A stretch of 64,000 bases of DNA from Dehalococcoidia bacterium (GCA_965197585.1 OZ240215.1:928001-992000); one strand, 5' to 3'. Positions 9,361 to 19,711 are shown, counted from the stretch's first letter. Translations and numbers: made by a program. The notes: generated by a model from the letters alone, not told the origin.

Positions 9361-10524
9361 ATGTCAGAGCCAACCATTTACTTCACCCGAGAAGAGTTCG
9401 CCGAACGCCAGGCCCGAGTCAGGGCAGCGCTGTCCGAGCAGGGTCTAGAGGGGATGCTGCTGTTCAAGATCGAAGACATGTACTGGCTCAGTGGCCTCGA
9501 CACGCAGGGCTGGAAAATCTTTCACGCCATGTATATAGGGGTGAACGGAGAACTGACTCACATCACCCGCTCTGCCGATGTCCCCAGCATCGAATATTCC
9601 TCGGTGTGTGACGACGTGCATCTCTGGGTGGACAGTCTGGATAACTCTCCAATGAACGCGGTAAGGAAGGTGCTGGAAAGGTTCAACGTGAAAGGCAAGC
9701 GTATTGGCGTACAGCACGACACCTACGGCCTCTCCAGCAAGATGGGACAGGAATTGGCCGCGGCGGTCGGCGGCTACTGCGAGCTCGTTGATGCCTCAGA
9801 CATCATCCGCCTGATGAGGGTTGTGAAGAGCCCCCAGGAGCTCGAATACATCCGGCATGCGGGAAAGATTATGGACCAGGTCATGGCCAAGGCCATTGAT
9901 ATGACCAAGGCAGGGGTGTACGAGGGCGATATCTGGGCTGAGCTGTACGGCATCGTATTGAGGTCGGGCGGCGATCCTCCGGCGGCCCACTGGCCCGTTG
10001 GATCCGGCAAGAAGGCAATGCTTGTGCGCTACGCCACGGGTCGGGGCACGGTTGGAGAGAACGACCAGGTAACATATGAGATTGGCTGCGGCTACCGACA
10101 CTATCACGCGGCCAACATGACTGCCGTTGTAACCGGCCCGAATGTCGATGATCGGCACCGCAGAATGCACGAAGCCTGCCTGGCTGCCCTGGAAGGCGTG
10201 CAAGGGGCACTCAGGCCCGGCAACACCGTCGGAGATGTGTTTGAAGCCCACGTCAAAGCATTCACCAAGCACGGGTATGGACATGCACTGCTGAATGCCT
10301 GCGGCTATACCATGGGGGCTACCTGGTCGCCATCCTGGATGGAGCAGCCGCTGATTCTAAGAAATAACCCCCACGTCATCGAACCTAACATGACCTTCTT
10401 CACCCACATGATACTGGTAGACCGGGAGTCGAGACTGACCATGTCTCTCGGAGAGCAGGTCATAGTCCAAGAAGATGGAGTTGAGGTCATTACACACGTG
10501 CCCCACGAGTTGGTCGTGAACTAA
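9361..10524 (+). CDS. M24 family hydrolase (creatinase/ectoine hydrolase DoeA-like)
   Basis: Creatinase_N-like start (FTREEFAERQARVR), RVVKSPQELEYIR, YRHYHAA, GYTMG..W.P.WME, EPNMTFFTH. Confidence 0.85.
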   Translation: MSEPTIYFTREEFAERQARVRAALSEQGLEGMLLFKIEDMYWLSGLDTQGWKIFHAMYIGVNGELTHITRSADVPSIEYSSVCDDVHLWVDSLDNSPMNAVRKVLERFNVKGKRIGVQHDTYGLSSKMGQELAAAVGGYCELVDASDIIRLMRVVKSPQELEYIRHAGKIMDQVMAKAIDMTKAGVYEGDIWAELYGIVLRSGGDPPAAHWPVGSGKKAMLVRYATGRGTVGENDQVTYEIGCGYRHYHAANMTAVVTGPNVDDRHRRMHEACLAALEGVQGALRPGNTVGDVFEAHVKAFTKHGYGHALLNACGYTMGATWSPSWMEQPLILRNNPHVIEPNMTFFTHMILVDRESRLTMSLGEQVIVQEDGVEVITHVPHELVVN

Positions 10525-10566
10525 GCAGCACAAGTCTGTTCTGCTTAATTGGCGCGTGAAAGGCGA

Positions 10567-10594
10567 TTGACAGTCCAGCGTGGCGTCGTATGAT
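10567..10594 (+). promoter_or_regulatory. Sigma70-type promoter of the second M24 gene
   Basis: TTGACA-16 nt-TATGAT, homologous to 9305-9332. Confidence 0.7.
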
Positions 10595-10622
10595 TCGGGG
10601 AGCCGTTCCATAGGGAGGACCC

Positions 10623-11786
10623 ATGCCGGAACCTACGATTTACTTCACCAGGGAAGAGTTCGCCGAACGCCAGGCCCGAGTCAGGGCAGCGCTGTCCGAG
10701 CAGGGCCTCGAAGGGATGCTGCTCTTCAAGATTGAGGATATGTACTGGCTGTGCGGGCTCGACACCCAGGGCTTCGTCATTTTCCACGCCATGTATATTG
10801 GTGTGAACGGAGAGCTTACACACATCACCCGGTCGGCGGATGTGCCCAGCATCGAATACTCGTCGGTCTGCGACGACGTACATCTCTGGGTGGACAGTTT
10901 AGGTAACTCTCCATTCAATTCGGTTCGGGAGGTGCTGGAAAGGTTCAACCTGAAGGGCAAACGGATCGGTGTCCAGCACGACACCTACGGCCTCACCAGC
11001 AAGATGGGCCGGGACTTGGCCGCCGCGGTAGGAGACTATTGTGAGCTGGTCGACGCCTCGGACATGATCAGGCTAATGAGAGTGGTAAAGAGTCCAAAGG
11101 AACTCGAATACATTCGAGAGGCAGGAAAGATCATAGATCAGGCGATGGCGAAGGGTATTGAGTTGACACGGGCCGGGGCGTATGAAGGCGATATCCTTGC
11201 CGAGATGCACAGCATCATCTGGAAAGCGGGCGGAGATCCTCCTGCCAGCCACTGGCCCGTGGGCTCCGGCGACAAGGCCCTGCTGGTGCGCTATGCCACG
11301 GGTCGGGGCACGGTGAGTGAGAACGACCAGGTCACCTATGAGATCGCCTGCGGATATCACCACTATCATGCCGCCAACATGGCGGCCGTGGTCACCGGGC
11401 CGAGAGTCGACGATCGACACCGCCGCATGCACGAGGCCTGCCTGGATGCCCTGACCTCAGTCCAGGCGACCCTGAGGCCCGGCAATACCGTCGGAGATGT
11501 ATTCAAGGCCCATGCTGATGCTTACACAAGGCACGGATACGGCCACGCATTCCTGAAAGCATGTGGCTACACTATGGGTGCAACGTGGGCGCCCTCCTGG
11601 ATGGAGCAACCCATGATAGTGGGCGATAACCCGCTAGTGCTGGAACCCAACATGACCTTCTTCACCCACATGATCCTCGTGGACAGCGAGTCGGGGCTGA
11701 CCATGTCCCTGGGAGAGCAGTCGATAATCCATGAGGACGGCGTTGAGGTCATTACACACGTGCCCCATGAGTTGGTCGTGCAGTAG
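10623..11786 (+). CDS. M24 family hydrolase (tandem paralog)
   Basis: 387 aa, collinear with and highly similar to 9361-10524. Confidence 0.85.
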   Translation: MPEPTIYFTREEFAERQARVRAALSEQGLEGMLLFKIEDMYWLCGLDTQGFVIFHAMYIGVNGELTHITRSADVPSIEYSSVCDDVHLWVDSLGNSPFNSVREVLERFNLKGKRIGVQHDTYGLTSKMGRDLAAAVGDYCELVDASDMIRLMRVVKSPKELEYIREAGKIIDQAMAKGIELTRAGAYEGDILAEMHSIIWKAGGDPPASHWPVGSGDKALLVRYATGRGTVSENDQVTYEIACGYHHYHAANMAAVVTGPRVDDRHRRMHEACLDALTSVQATLRPGNTVGDVFKAHADAYTRHGYGHAFLKACGYTMGATWAPSWMEQPMIVGDNPLVLEPNMTFFTHMILVDSESGLTMSLGEQSIIHEDGVEVITHVPHELVVQ

Positions 11787-11831
11787 GGTAGCCTCAGGAC
11801 TTGGTAATCTCCGGGAACTAGGGAAGGAGTA

Positions 11832-12884
11832 GTGATGGGTGAAAATGGGCATGAACACAGCGGGGCACATCTCTTTGTAGGGCTGGCGGGAGAGACGGCT
11901 CCCGGCAAGCCGATAAACTCGGGGTTGTACAGGGTGCACCACGGGGCCGGTGGCTGGAACCTTGCGGTTTCAGGCCTGCCTCAGGCCCCGGAAGTAAGGG
12001 CTATCGTTCCCCACCCCTCCCGACACCGGACGGTTTATGCGGGGACGCAGGACGGCCCCTACGTCAGCGAGGACTGTGGGGACTCATGGGCTCGGGTGCC
12101 GGGTGTCGAGAGCGGCTTGCCCGTCTGGTCGATCCTGTTCGATCCTCGGGACCCTATGACAATGTATACAGGCGGCGAAGATGCCCAGGTCCATGCTAGC
12201 GCCGACGGCGGGGAAACCTGGACTCGTCTCTCTACGGAAATGCGATTTCCTGAGATTATGATGAGGCCGGGGGCGAATCCTGCGAAACGGCTCCTGATGA
12301 TGGGAGCCAGCCCGTTCGACCAGGAAATCCTGTACGGCGCTATCGAGGTGGGAGGGGTGATGCGGACTCGGGACGGAGGTAAATCGTGGGAGAACTTGAG
12401 CCACGGGATGTACCAGAGCGACCAGCCGGTAGACACTCACGGCGTCCTGGCGAGCAGCGTGAGCCCGGGGCTGGTGTTCTCCATAACCGGCGCAGGACTG
12501 TTCAGGAGTAGAGATGAGGGCGACCATTGGGGACACGTGCCGCTGCCTCCCCTGGACGTTACGGGGAGGCTGTACACCCGCGCCATTCAGGAGTCCCCGA
12601 GGGACCCGAAGGTCATCTGGGTAGGTGCTGGCAACGGCTTCGACGGCGACCTGGGTGGACTATTCAAAAGCGAGGATGGCGGTGAGACCTGGGCAAGTGT
12701 GGACATGGGAGTACGGCCGCCAAGCTCCATCTTCTGCATAGCATTCGACCGGTCTAACCCGGACCTGATGGCGTGCGCGGCGTATCAAGGGCAGGTGTAC
12801 GTGAGCGAGGACGGGGGTGTGTCATGGCAGGAACACCCTCTGCCACAAGGAGCGACGCAGGTCTACGCGCTGGCTTGGGCCTAG
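11832..12884 (+). CDS. BNR/Asp-box repeat beta-propeller protein
   Basis: Repeated SxDxGxxW motifs (SEDCGDSW, SADGGETW, TRDGGKSW, SRDEGDHW, SEDGGETW, SEDGGVSW). Confidence 0.85.
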   Translation: MMGENGHEHSGAHLFVGLAGETAPGKPINSGLYRVHHGAGGWNLAVSGLPQAPEVRAIVPHPSRHRTVYAGTQDGPYVSEDCGDSWARVPGVESGLPVWSILFDPRDPMTMYTGGEDAQVHASADGGETWTRLSTEMRFPEIMMRPGANPAKRLLMMGASPFDQEILYGAIEVGGVMRTRDGGKSWENLSHGMYQSDQPVDTHGVLASSVSPGLVFSITGAGLFRSRDEGDHWGHVPLPPLDVTGRLYTRAIQESPRDPKVIWVGAGNGFDGDLGGLFKSEDGGETWASVDMGVRPPSSIFCIAFDRSNPDLMACAAYQGQVYVSEDGGVSWQEHPLPQGATQVYALAWA

Positions 12885-13594
12885 CCCCGAGGGGCGTACC
12901 AGGAGTCACCTGCTGTCTGGATGAAATCAGCACTCTCTTCCAGGTCCTTGTGGGTGTCGACGGAGCGCCAGAATCGAGGGTGGAGCCTGGCCCCGCCGAG
13001 AAGGCCCTTTTCCACCAGGGCCGGGAAGACGTCCCGCTCCAGGCTTCCCTTCTCCGGCAGGTAGTCGAACACGTCCTGTGAGAGGGAGTAGAAGCCCGCG
13101 TTTATCCAGTGCGGCAGAAGCGGCTTCTCCCTGAAGGCAGTGACGAGTCCGTTGTCCTGCGCCTCGATGATGCCATACGGGGAGGGCAGGGGCACCAGCG
13201 CCAGCGCGGCGACCAGACCTTGATTTGATCTAAGACTTTCGCACCGCTGGGGGTTGATATCTGTGAGGACATCCCCATTACCGGCATAGAAGGGGCCACT
13301 AATGTCACCCTCGGTCATGGCGTTTCTCAGGGCGCCGGCGGTGCCGAGGGGCTCGTGCTCCATGGCATAACGGATGGAAACGCCGATGCCCGCGCCATCC
13401 CCCAGGACTGCCTGTACCTTATCAGCCAGGTGCCCGATGGACAGCACGAATTCCTCGACTCCGGCGTTCTTGAGCCATTCCATCTGCCACTGGATGATCG
13501 GCTTGCCGGCTACGGGGAGGAGGGGCTTGGGGGTGGAGTCAGTCAGGGGCCTGAGCCTCGAGCCCAGGCCCCCGGCCAGAATAATCGCTTTCAT
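12881..13594 (-). CDS. Sugar-phosphate nucleotidyltransferase family protein
   Basis: AIILAGGLGSRLRPLT..PKPLLPV, EPLGTAGAL, NGD, FREKP, INAGFY. Confidence 0.9.
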   Translation of the reverse strand: MKAIILAGGLGSRLRPLTDSTPKPLLPVAGKPIIQWQMEWLKNAGVEEFVLSIGHLADKVQAVLGDGAGIGVSIRYAMEHEPLGTAGALRNAMTEGDISGPFYAGNGDVLTDINPQRCESLRSNQGLVAALALVPLPSPYGIIEAQDNGLVTAFREKPLLPHWINAGFYSLSQDVFDYLPEKGSLERDVFPALVEKGLLGGARLHPRFWRSVDTHKDLEESADFIQTAGDSWYAPRG

Positions 13595-13668
13595 AGGGTG
13601 AGTGGGGTCTCTGAGAGACCATGACGACAGTCTAGTCGGGTCACCCTGTCACCCTTACATATCGTGCC

Positions 13669-14814
13669 TTATACGCCATTAGTGGCTGCGCCGTTGCGGA
13701 GCCGGTTTCCGTAGAGCGCCTTGGAGTTGTCCCACAGAATTTTCCGCCGGTGGCTGTCCTCCAGGGGTTGGGCCAGGAACTTGTCCACCGAGCCGGGGAA
13801 GGGCGCGTCGGGGTGGGGGTAGTCGGTGTTGAAAACGATGTTATCGCCGTCCAGCCACTCGACTGCGGAGCGCAGGGTGCCTTCGTCAGGGTCGCAGGCG
13901 ACGAAGCACTGGCGCATGAAATACTCACTAGGTTTTAAGGGCATGTGGTGACCCTGTAGGAAAACGCCCTGGCGGCCGGGGCCGTGGTCGTCCATCCGGG
14001 AGAGCCAGAAGGGAGTCCAACCGGCATTTGCTTCGTAGAAGCCACAGCGCATGTTCGGGAATTTCTCCAGCACGTCACCGAATATCAGGTCGCCAATGGA
14101 TAGCATGCAGTCAACGGGGAAGGATATGGCATGACTCACGGAGTAAAGCTGCCCAGTATAGTCGCCGAACAGGCGCTGTTGGGCTCCGCCACCGTGGAAT
14201 GCGGCGGTGATGTCGTGCTTAGTGATCGCTTCCCAGAGAGGAGTGAAGTTGTCGTCAGACCAGTGCTGGCCCGCGCCGTCATCCCCGAATCCCATGAGCA
14301 TGATACCAGCCACCTCGGGTGTGGGGGCGACCCGGCTAATCTCTTCTACGGCGAGGCCGATGTCCTTGAGCGTGATCTGCGCTATGTACTGGACCCGGCC
14401 TTCGGAGGGGCGGCAAAAGTCCTCGCACCATCGGTTGTAGGCTCGGCACAGGGCTGCCTGAAGGCTGAAGTCGGTAATATGAGCGGACGTAGCGACACTT
14501 CCGTTAGTGGGGAAGCAGACCTGGTTGTCCACGCCATCCTGGTCCAGGTGGGCGAGGCGGGTATCGAGGCTCCACCAGGAGCGGTAGGCGTCGCCATAGC
14601 GCTCCTCCATGTCCGCGAAGACCGAATCTTCGTAGATGACTGAATGGCCTTCGGGGAAGGCCTCGCAGGGATCGTAGCTGTAAATGGCGCGTCCCAGGTG
14701 ACCACTGACCTTGGGTATGCGTTCACGGTAGGCGGGTTCGGTGTAGGTGGCCCAAATGTCCATCGGTTCCTGCATGTGGCCGTCGCCGTCTATTACACGA
14801 AAGCCGTTTTTCAT
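13669..14814 (-). CDS. Amidohydrolase_2 family protein
   Basis: IDGDGHMQEP, AFHGGG, YEANAGW, NTDYPHPD. Confidence 0.85.
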   Translation of the reverse strand: MKNGFRVIDGDGHMQEPMDIWATYTEPAYRERIPKVSGHLGRAIYSYDPCEAFPEGHSVIYEDSVFADMEERYGDAYRSWWSLDTRLAHLDQDGVDNQVCFPTNGSVATSAHITDFSLQAALCRAYNRWCEDFCRPSEGRVQYIAQITLKDIGLAVEEISRVAPTPEVAGIMLMGFGDDGAGQHWSDDNFTPLWEAITKHDITAAFHGGGAQQRLFGDYTGQLYSVSHAISFPVDCMLSIGDLIFGDVLEKFPNMRCGFYEANAGWTPFWLSRMDDHGPGRQGVFLQGHHMPLKPSEYFMRQCFVACDPDEGTLRSAVEWLDGDNIVFNTDYPHPDAPFPGSVDKFLAQPLEDSHRRKILWDNSKALYGNRLRNGAATNGV

Positions 14815-14946
14815 AGCCTCACACCTCCGTTGCTTGCTCCAGGGCCTTACGTGGCATTAGACCATTGGGAATGTCGGGTGTCAACGGATTCTCGGGGGGC
14901 GGGGGTTGACATATAATCGACGGAGTCACTTTGGAGAGGAGACGGA

Positions 14947-15612
14947 ATGCCACGGTATGAAGTTCTGACATTCGACTGCTACGGGACGCTCATCGACTGG
15001 GAAGGGGGGATGCGGGCCGCACTGGCGAGCGTAATCGAAAAGAGAGGGTTGTCCCTCGGTGCGGAAGAGGTCCACAGAAAATACGCCGAGATAGAGCCTT
15101 CGATACAGGAGGGAATCGGTGGGAAATACGTGGAGGTGATGCGGATGGGGGTGGAGCAGACTTTCAGACATTATGGCGTGGAAGTTAGCGAAGAGGAGGC
15201 GGGGATATTCGGGAACACTCTCGGGAGTTGGCCGAAGTTCTCGGATACTACGGAGGCGCTGACGGAAATGAAGGCCCGAGGCTACAAACTGGTGATCCTA
15301 TCCAATACCGACGAAAACTTCATACGTCAGTCGATAGAGACCATAGGCGTTGAGTTCGACGAGGTGATAACCGCGCAGGCGGTGGGGTCGTACAAACCGG
15401 CGCGGGGTCACTGGGACCGGATGCTGGCGACTCTCGACGTATCTAAGGAAGTCGTGTTGCACGTGGCGCAGAGCTACTACCACGACGTTGTTCCGGCCAC
15501 GGGTCTCGGGTTCGATATGGCATGGATTAACCGCAAGGGCCAGAAGCCATGGGGTGAGGCGAGGCCCGACTATGAGTTTCGGGACTTGAAGAGCCTGCTA
15601 GGGATGTTGTGA
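14947..15612 (+). CDS. Haloacid dehalogenase type II (HAD superfamily)
   Basis: TFDCYGTLIDWE, ILSN, YKP, HVAQSYYHDV, AWINR. Confidence 0.9.
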   Translation: MPRYEVLTFDCYGTLIDWEGGMRAALASVIEKRGLSLGAEEVHRKYAEIEPSIQEGIGGKYVEVMRMGVEQTFRHYGVEVSEEEAGIFGNTLGSWPKFSDTTEALTEMKARGYKLVILSNTDENFIRQSIETIGVEFDEVITAQAVGSYKPARGHWDRMLATLDVSKEVVLHVAQSYYHDVVPATGLGFDMAWINRKGQKPWGEARPDYEFRDLKSLLGML

Positions 15613-15913
15613 GCGGTCAGAGAGTCCTGCGAGTCTAGGGTCGGAAGGCCGGAAGCACTCTCTCCAAGCAGACGGAGGCAGTTCAAGGCCTGCTCTCCCC
15701 CAAGACCCGCGGTCTGTTAGAAGAACATGATGTGGGTAAAGCCTATGTCCATGAGCTTCTGAACTTCCCGGGTGACCGTCTCCGGGCTCAGGGGCCAGGC
15801 GGGCAATTAGAGGGAATGTGTGTATGTGCCCTCGTCTGTGGATGGCCGGCTTTAGCACTTGCGGGTGAGTTCCCGGCCGTGGGAACATAATGGCCTTGGA
15901 GGAAGGACTGACA

Positions 15914-16732
15914 ATGAAGGTGACCATCATCCCATCGAAGACTCTCTTGCCTCAATACGCCCTGGACCCCGCCTTTTACGATGAAGTTCGAAACGCGAAA
16001 CCCGATTACGCCCTGGTTGAAAGATCTGTCATCCCACCAAACAACGGTAAGGGCTTTGAAGTCAAAAAAGGCCAACTCTTCCGAATCATCCAGGAGACCG
16101 GGCCGCAAGTGGTCGATGTTGTGCTCTGGAACCTCCATGACCCCAGGGAGATATTCAGGCCCGAGCACAGCTTTCTAATCGAGGGATGGTTTGTCGAAGA
16201 GAATACGCGACTCTGGTCCGACGTACCGTACTTCAGGCCTATGGCCACTTGTATAGAAGACACTGTCGAAAGGCAGAGGGGTTGGCACAACCATCTGGTA
16301 TTAGGGTCTCATTGCACTTCCGAATTTCTGGAGATGAGGTCAGAACGAAAAGGGCTCAACTCCTGCCATCTGAACTTCCTCCAGGCCATCGAGCCCTTTG
16401 GCTTGGGCGAAGAGAACATACAGGACAACTTTTGTCTTTGCATGCCGTCCCGGATAAACGCTGAGACAGGAAAAATGGAGATCACTGCGACCAAGGCCAG
16501 AGCAGGTGATTACGTTGCCTTCTACGCGGAGATAGACCTACTGGTTGCGGTATCCGTGTGTCCGATGGGTGACGGCAGCTTTGCCGCCACGACTCCGGAG
16601 AAGATTATAGTCAGGCCATTGGGTGTCGAGATTCTGGACACGGGCATCGAGCCCCGGGAGTTTCCAAAGCGGTATGATTGGAGACCTCATTGGGGAGGTC
16701 ATTGGGAGCCTGGCCTGGGGTCGGGGTCATGA
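15914..16732 (+). CDS. DUF1989 / urea-carboxylase-associated family protein
   Basis: GPQVVDV..WN, HN.LVLGSHC, NSCHLNF, GDYVAFYAEIDLLVAVSVCP; GGAGG RBS before ATG 15914. Confidence 0.8.
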   Translation: MKVTIIPSKTLLPQYALDPAFYDEVRNAKPDYALVERSVIPPNNGKGFEVKKGQLFRIIQETGPQVVDVVLWNLHDPREIFRPEHSFLIEGWFVEENTRLWSDVPYFRPMATCIEDTVERQRGWHNHLVLGSHCTSEFLEMRSERKGLNSCHLNFLQAIEPFGLGEENIQDNFCLCMPSRINAETGKMEITATKARAGDYVAFYAEIDLLVAVSVCPMGDGSFAATTPEKIIVRPLGVEILDTGIEPREFPKRYDWRPHWGGHWEPGLGSGS

Positions 16733-16788
16733 AGGGGCTGCACGGCTTTCCGACGCCACAATCCAATTTGTTCTTGTAGGAGGTCCGT

Positions 16789-18006
16789 ATGGTCGACTAT
16801 CTAAGGGAATGCTTGAAAGAGCCCGTGCCGCGGGAGTGGAGCTTCCCGGAGTCCGAGTACCGGGCTCGGTTGGAGAAGACTCGGAAGGCGATGGACGAGG
16901 CGGGGATCGACGTGTTGTTGGTCCATGCCATTGTGGACAACTGTTATCTGAGCGGCTACCAGAGCCTGTGGCCCGAGGCCTACGCGTGCCTGATCGTGCC
17001 ACGGGAGGGCGAGCCGTTCATGCAGGTAGGGGAGATAGAGGGTGCGCTGGCCGTGCTGCAGGGCTACGTGAAGGACATCGTGACGTTTTCCTGGGTCGGG
17101 GCGGATGTTGCGCCGACGCAGCTGGCGCAGCTTCTCGCCGAACGGGGCTTTGGGAATCGAAATATTGGAGTGCAGTTGGGCAGTATTGAGATGGGGCTGC
17201 GCGGGCCGCTGGATGCTCGGGCATACCTTCGTCTGAAGGAGATGCTACCCAACGCCCGGTTCATCGATGCTACGACGCTGATGTTCGATATCCGGGTAAC
17301 CAAGTCGGAGGCCGAGCTTGCGCACATGAGGAAAGCGGCAAGTATCACCTCGGCGGGGATGGCGGCGGCGATAGAAGCTACGGAGCCCGGTGTCACCGAA
17401 AACGTCCTTTCGGGTATTGCTGCCAAAGAGATGATCGACCTGGGTTCGGAGCCTTTTTCAATTGACCCGATTACGAGCGCGAGTCACAGGTCGGGGTGGT
17501 TTCACACGACGTTCAAGCGGGCGGATATAGGAGCAGGGGACCACGTTCTGCTGGAGTTTGGGGGGTGCTGGCACCGCTACACCACTCCGATGATGCGCAC
17601 GGTAATCTTGGGTGAGCCGAGCGATATGGCAAAGAGGATCATAGATGCAAACCGGGCCACCCTGGAACTGACGTATTCCAACGTTAGGGCAGGACGCACG
17701 GCCCACGAAGTGGCGGTGGAGGTCAAGCGAGGGGTGAAAGACGTGGATGAAGAGATATTCAGGTCGGGGCACTTCGGCTATTCGATAGGGCTCGGGTTCC
17801 CGCCGACGTGGACCGACGGCCCCATGTACATCGCCGAGGGTAACCACCTGGTGCTGGAAGCAGGGATGACCTTTCACACTCCCCATTCATACCGGATACC
17901 GGCGAAGTTTGTGGTCGGGGCGAGTGAGAGCATCGCAGTGACCGAGACGGGATGTGAAATCCTGACCTCGGGGTGGGAGGGAGAGCGGATAGTGGTGAAG
18001 GGGTAG
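16789..18006 (+). CDS. M24 family hydrolase (creatinase/DoeA-like), third member
   Basis: FPESEYRARLEK, RVTKSEAELAHMR, LEFGGCWHRYTTPMMRT, GYSIGLGFPPTW, GMTFH. Confidence 0.85.
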   Translation: MVDYLRECLKEPVPREWSFPESEYRARLEKTRKAMDEAGIDVLLVHAIVDNCYLSGYQSLWPEAYACLIVPREGEPFMQVGEIEGALAVLQGYVKDIVTFSWVGADVAPTQLAQLLAERGFGNRNIGVQLGSIEMGLRGPLDARAYLRLKEMLPNARFIDATTLMFDIRVTKSEAELAHMRKAASITSAGMAAAIEATEPGVTENVLSGIAAKEMIDLGSEPFSIDPITSASHRSGWFHTTFKRADIGAGDHVLLEFGGCWHRYTTPMMRTVILGEPSDMAKRIIDANRATLELTYSNVRAGRTAHEVAVEVKRGVKDVDEEIFRSGHFGYSIGLGFPPTWTDGPMYIAEGNHLVLEAGMTFHTPHSYRIPAKFVVGASESIAVTETGCEILTSGWEGERIVVKG

Positions 18007-18013
18007 GACAGCT

Positions 18014-18964
18014 CTATTTGAGCAGACTCTCCAAACGAGGCTCGAAGACTTCTTTGAGCTTGGGGAGCAGGTTCAGCATCCAGGCCCTTGTCTCCTCCAG
18101 TTTGTCCTGTGGATCGTCTATGGAGCCGTCTTTTCTTATGCTTATAGTGAAGAAGGAGTAGGGTTCAAATCTGTCCCATACCCATTCAGCGTCGAGGAGT
18201 TGTTCGATTTCAGACTTGGTCGTTTGCAGTTCATCAAATATCCGGTTGTTTCGTTCAATGCTGTCCCACGTTCTAACATGTAGAAATACCCATGAACCCT
18301 TATTCGAGAAGCTGACTGCGTAGCCTGTATCTTTGTCGAAGCAAGAAGGAAAGAACCGGCCGGTATGGTCAGAATAGTGGAGGGCCTTTTCGGCGAAATC
18401 TATCCGAAGCATCTCGTTAATCAACGGCTGGAAGAAGGAGTGGTAGCGCTGGGTTGTCGAAGGCATCTCCCATGACTGCAGTGTGAGCTCCTTGTTCCAG
18501 CCACCGGGGTACACCACCTTGTGAAACTTGGCATCAATGCTGGATTGGGCGTCGTTCTTGATGACCTCGACCTTCACGCCGTAGAACCGGATCCCATCAC
18601 CCGTCCACTTGTTGAGCTGATCCAAGGCCTGGGCATGCTCGAACACGAACTCTGGCGCTACCCATATTGCTATGCCCACACCACAACCGGAGGCATAGGT
18701 AAGCAGTTAGCCGAGATGGGTGTGGTCGGTCTCTTCCAACTGGTTCTCGATAGCGACCTTCATGCCAGTCTCGGTGTCTATTGCTAGTATGTCGAGGGAG
18801 AACGGTCCTACCGGCTTTTCCTCTTGGACCAACTCCAGCCTGACGCCAAGCTCCTCTCCCAAGAGATTGAGGTTCTTGGCGAGCCAGGGCGTGAAGTCTA
18901 ATGCCTCGTCCGGCCATTTCGTGCGGACGGGCACCTGTATCATCTGTTCGTCGGAACCGGTCAT
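18014..18964 (-). pseudogene. DUF4268-type protein with an N-terminal PD-(D/E)XK-like domain, interrupted by an in-frame TAA
   Basis: ORFs 18707-18964 and 18014-18679 share one frame: DFTPWL...VGPFSLDILA...IENQLEETDHTHLG*LLTYASG. The stop (18707-18709) falls where the family motif has Q (CAA->TAA). Confidence 0.75.
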
Positions 18965-18970
18965 GACTGG

Positions 18971-19312
18971 TTATTCTCCTCGCATACCGGAGTCGCCCGG
19001 TTGAATCGCAAAGTCGCGGCGGTCCCTGTAGAGTAGGGCACGGTTAAGAACACTGTCGTAAATATTGGGGTTTATGTCCTCGACCTCATCCATTACCCAA
19101 TACTTGTACTCGCCTAGAAACAGATATGGCCGTGTCTGGTGGAAGAATTGGCATTCGACGCCTTCACCCTTGAGAATGCGCTGGCAAAATGCACTCAGCA
19201 GGGTCTGCTGTTTGTCCTGCTGGATTACAACGTATTCGTGGGGCCACGTATCGCGGTAAGTGACCGCCTCGCGCCAAGGGGCCTGGGCTATCAGAGTAAT
19301 GATGTCAGGCAT
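18971..19312 (-). CDS. Small hypothetical protein (W...TY...WPHEYV motif)
   Basis: 113-aa ORF from ATG 19312, ending 6 nt before the DUF4268-type gene on the same strand. Confidence 0.6.
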   Translation of the reverse strand: MPDIITLIAQAPWREAVTYRDTWPHEYVVIQQDKQQTLLSAFCQRILKGEGVECQFFHQTRPYLFLGEYKYWVMDEVEDINPNIYDSVLNRALLYRDRRDFAIQPGDSGMRGE

Positions 19313-19344
19313 ATGAGAGTCCAAGGCCGACACGTCGTTTATGC

Positions 19345-19378
19345 AAAGGGGCCTGGGAGTCGACCCCAGGCCCCTTTT
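19345..19378. terminator. Intrinsic terminator, potentially bidirectional
   Basis: AAAGGGGCCTGGG-agtcgac-CCCAGGCCCCTTTT, just downstream of the minus-strand ORF 19391-19624. Confidence 0.75.
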
Positions 19379-19390
19379 CACTTACTCAGG

Positions 19391-19624
19391 CTAGCTGCTC
19401 TTATTGGCCTGCACGCTCACGTAGTGAACAAGTGCGATCAGAGCGGATACAGCCAGGATGGTAATCGAGGCGAATCCCATTGTCTGCATCACTCCTATGA
19501 ATATCCCAAGATTATCGCCGGGAAAGACATCTACCATGCGTGCAATCACCGGAACCAGCGTTCCGACGAAAAGCCAAAAGAAAACGAACAGGCCGATCCA
19601 CAGGAACCGTATCTTATCCGGCAT
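19391..19624 (-). CDS. Small two-helix membrane protein
   Basis: 77 aa with two hydrophobic segments, GGAGG RBS, followed by a terminator. Confidence 0.6.
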   Translation of the reverse strand: MPDKIRFLWIGLFVFFWLFVGTLVPVIARMVDVFPGDNLGIFIGVMQTMGFASITILAVSALIALVHYVSVQANKSS

Positions 19625-19711
19625 TGAGCCCTCCCTGCTGATATAAGACCCTCGAAAACGCTAAGGACGTTGTGTTCTTGGATGTCTTCAGATCAGGGGA
19701 CGGAGCGGGAG

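Noticed and set aside
15613-15913. Guanidine riboswitch expected upstream of a DUF1989 gene
   Set aside because: No ykkC, mini-ykkC (paired ACGR loops) or ykkC-III consensus found by eye; an Rfam scan would settle it.
18707-18709. Programmed read-through or genetic-code reassignment at the in-frame stop
   Set aside because: The codon is TAA, which ends other genes in this window normally; a point mutation or sequencing error is simpler.
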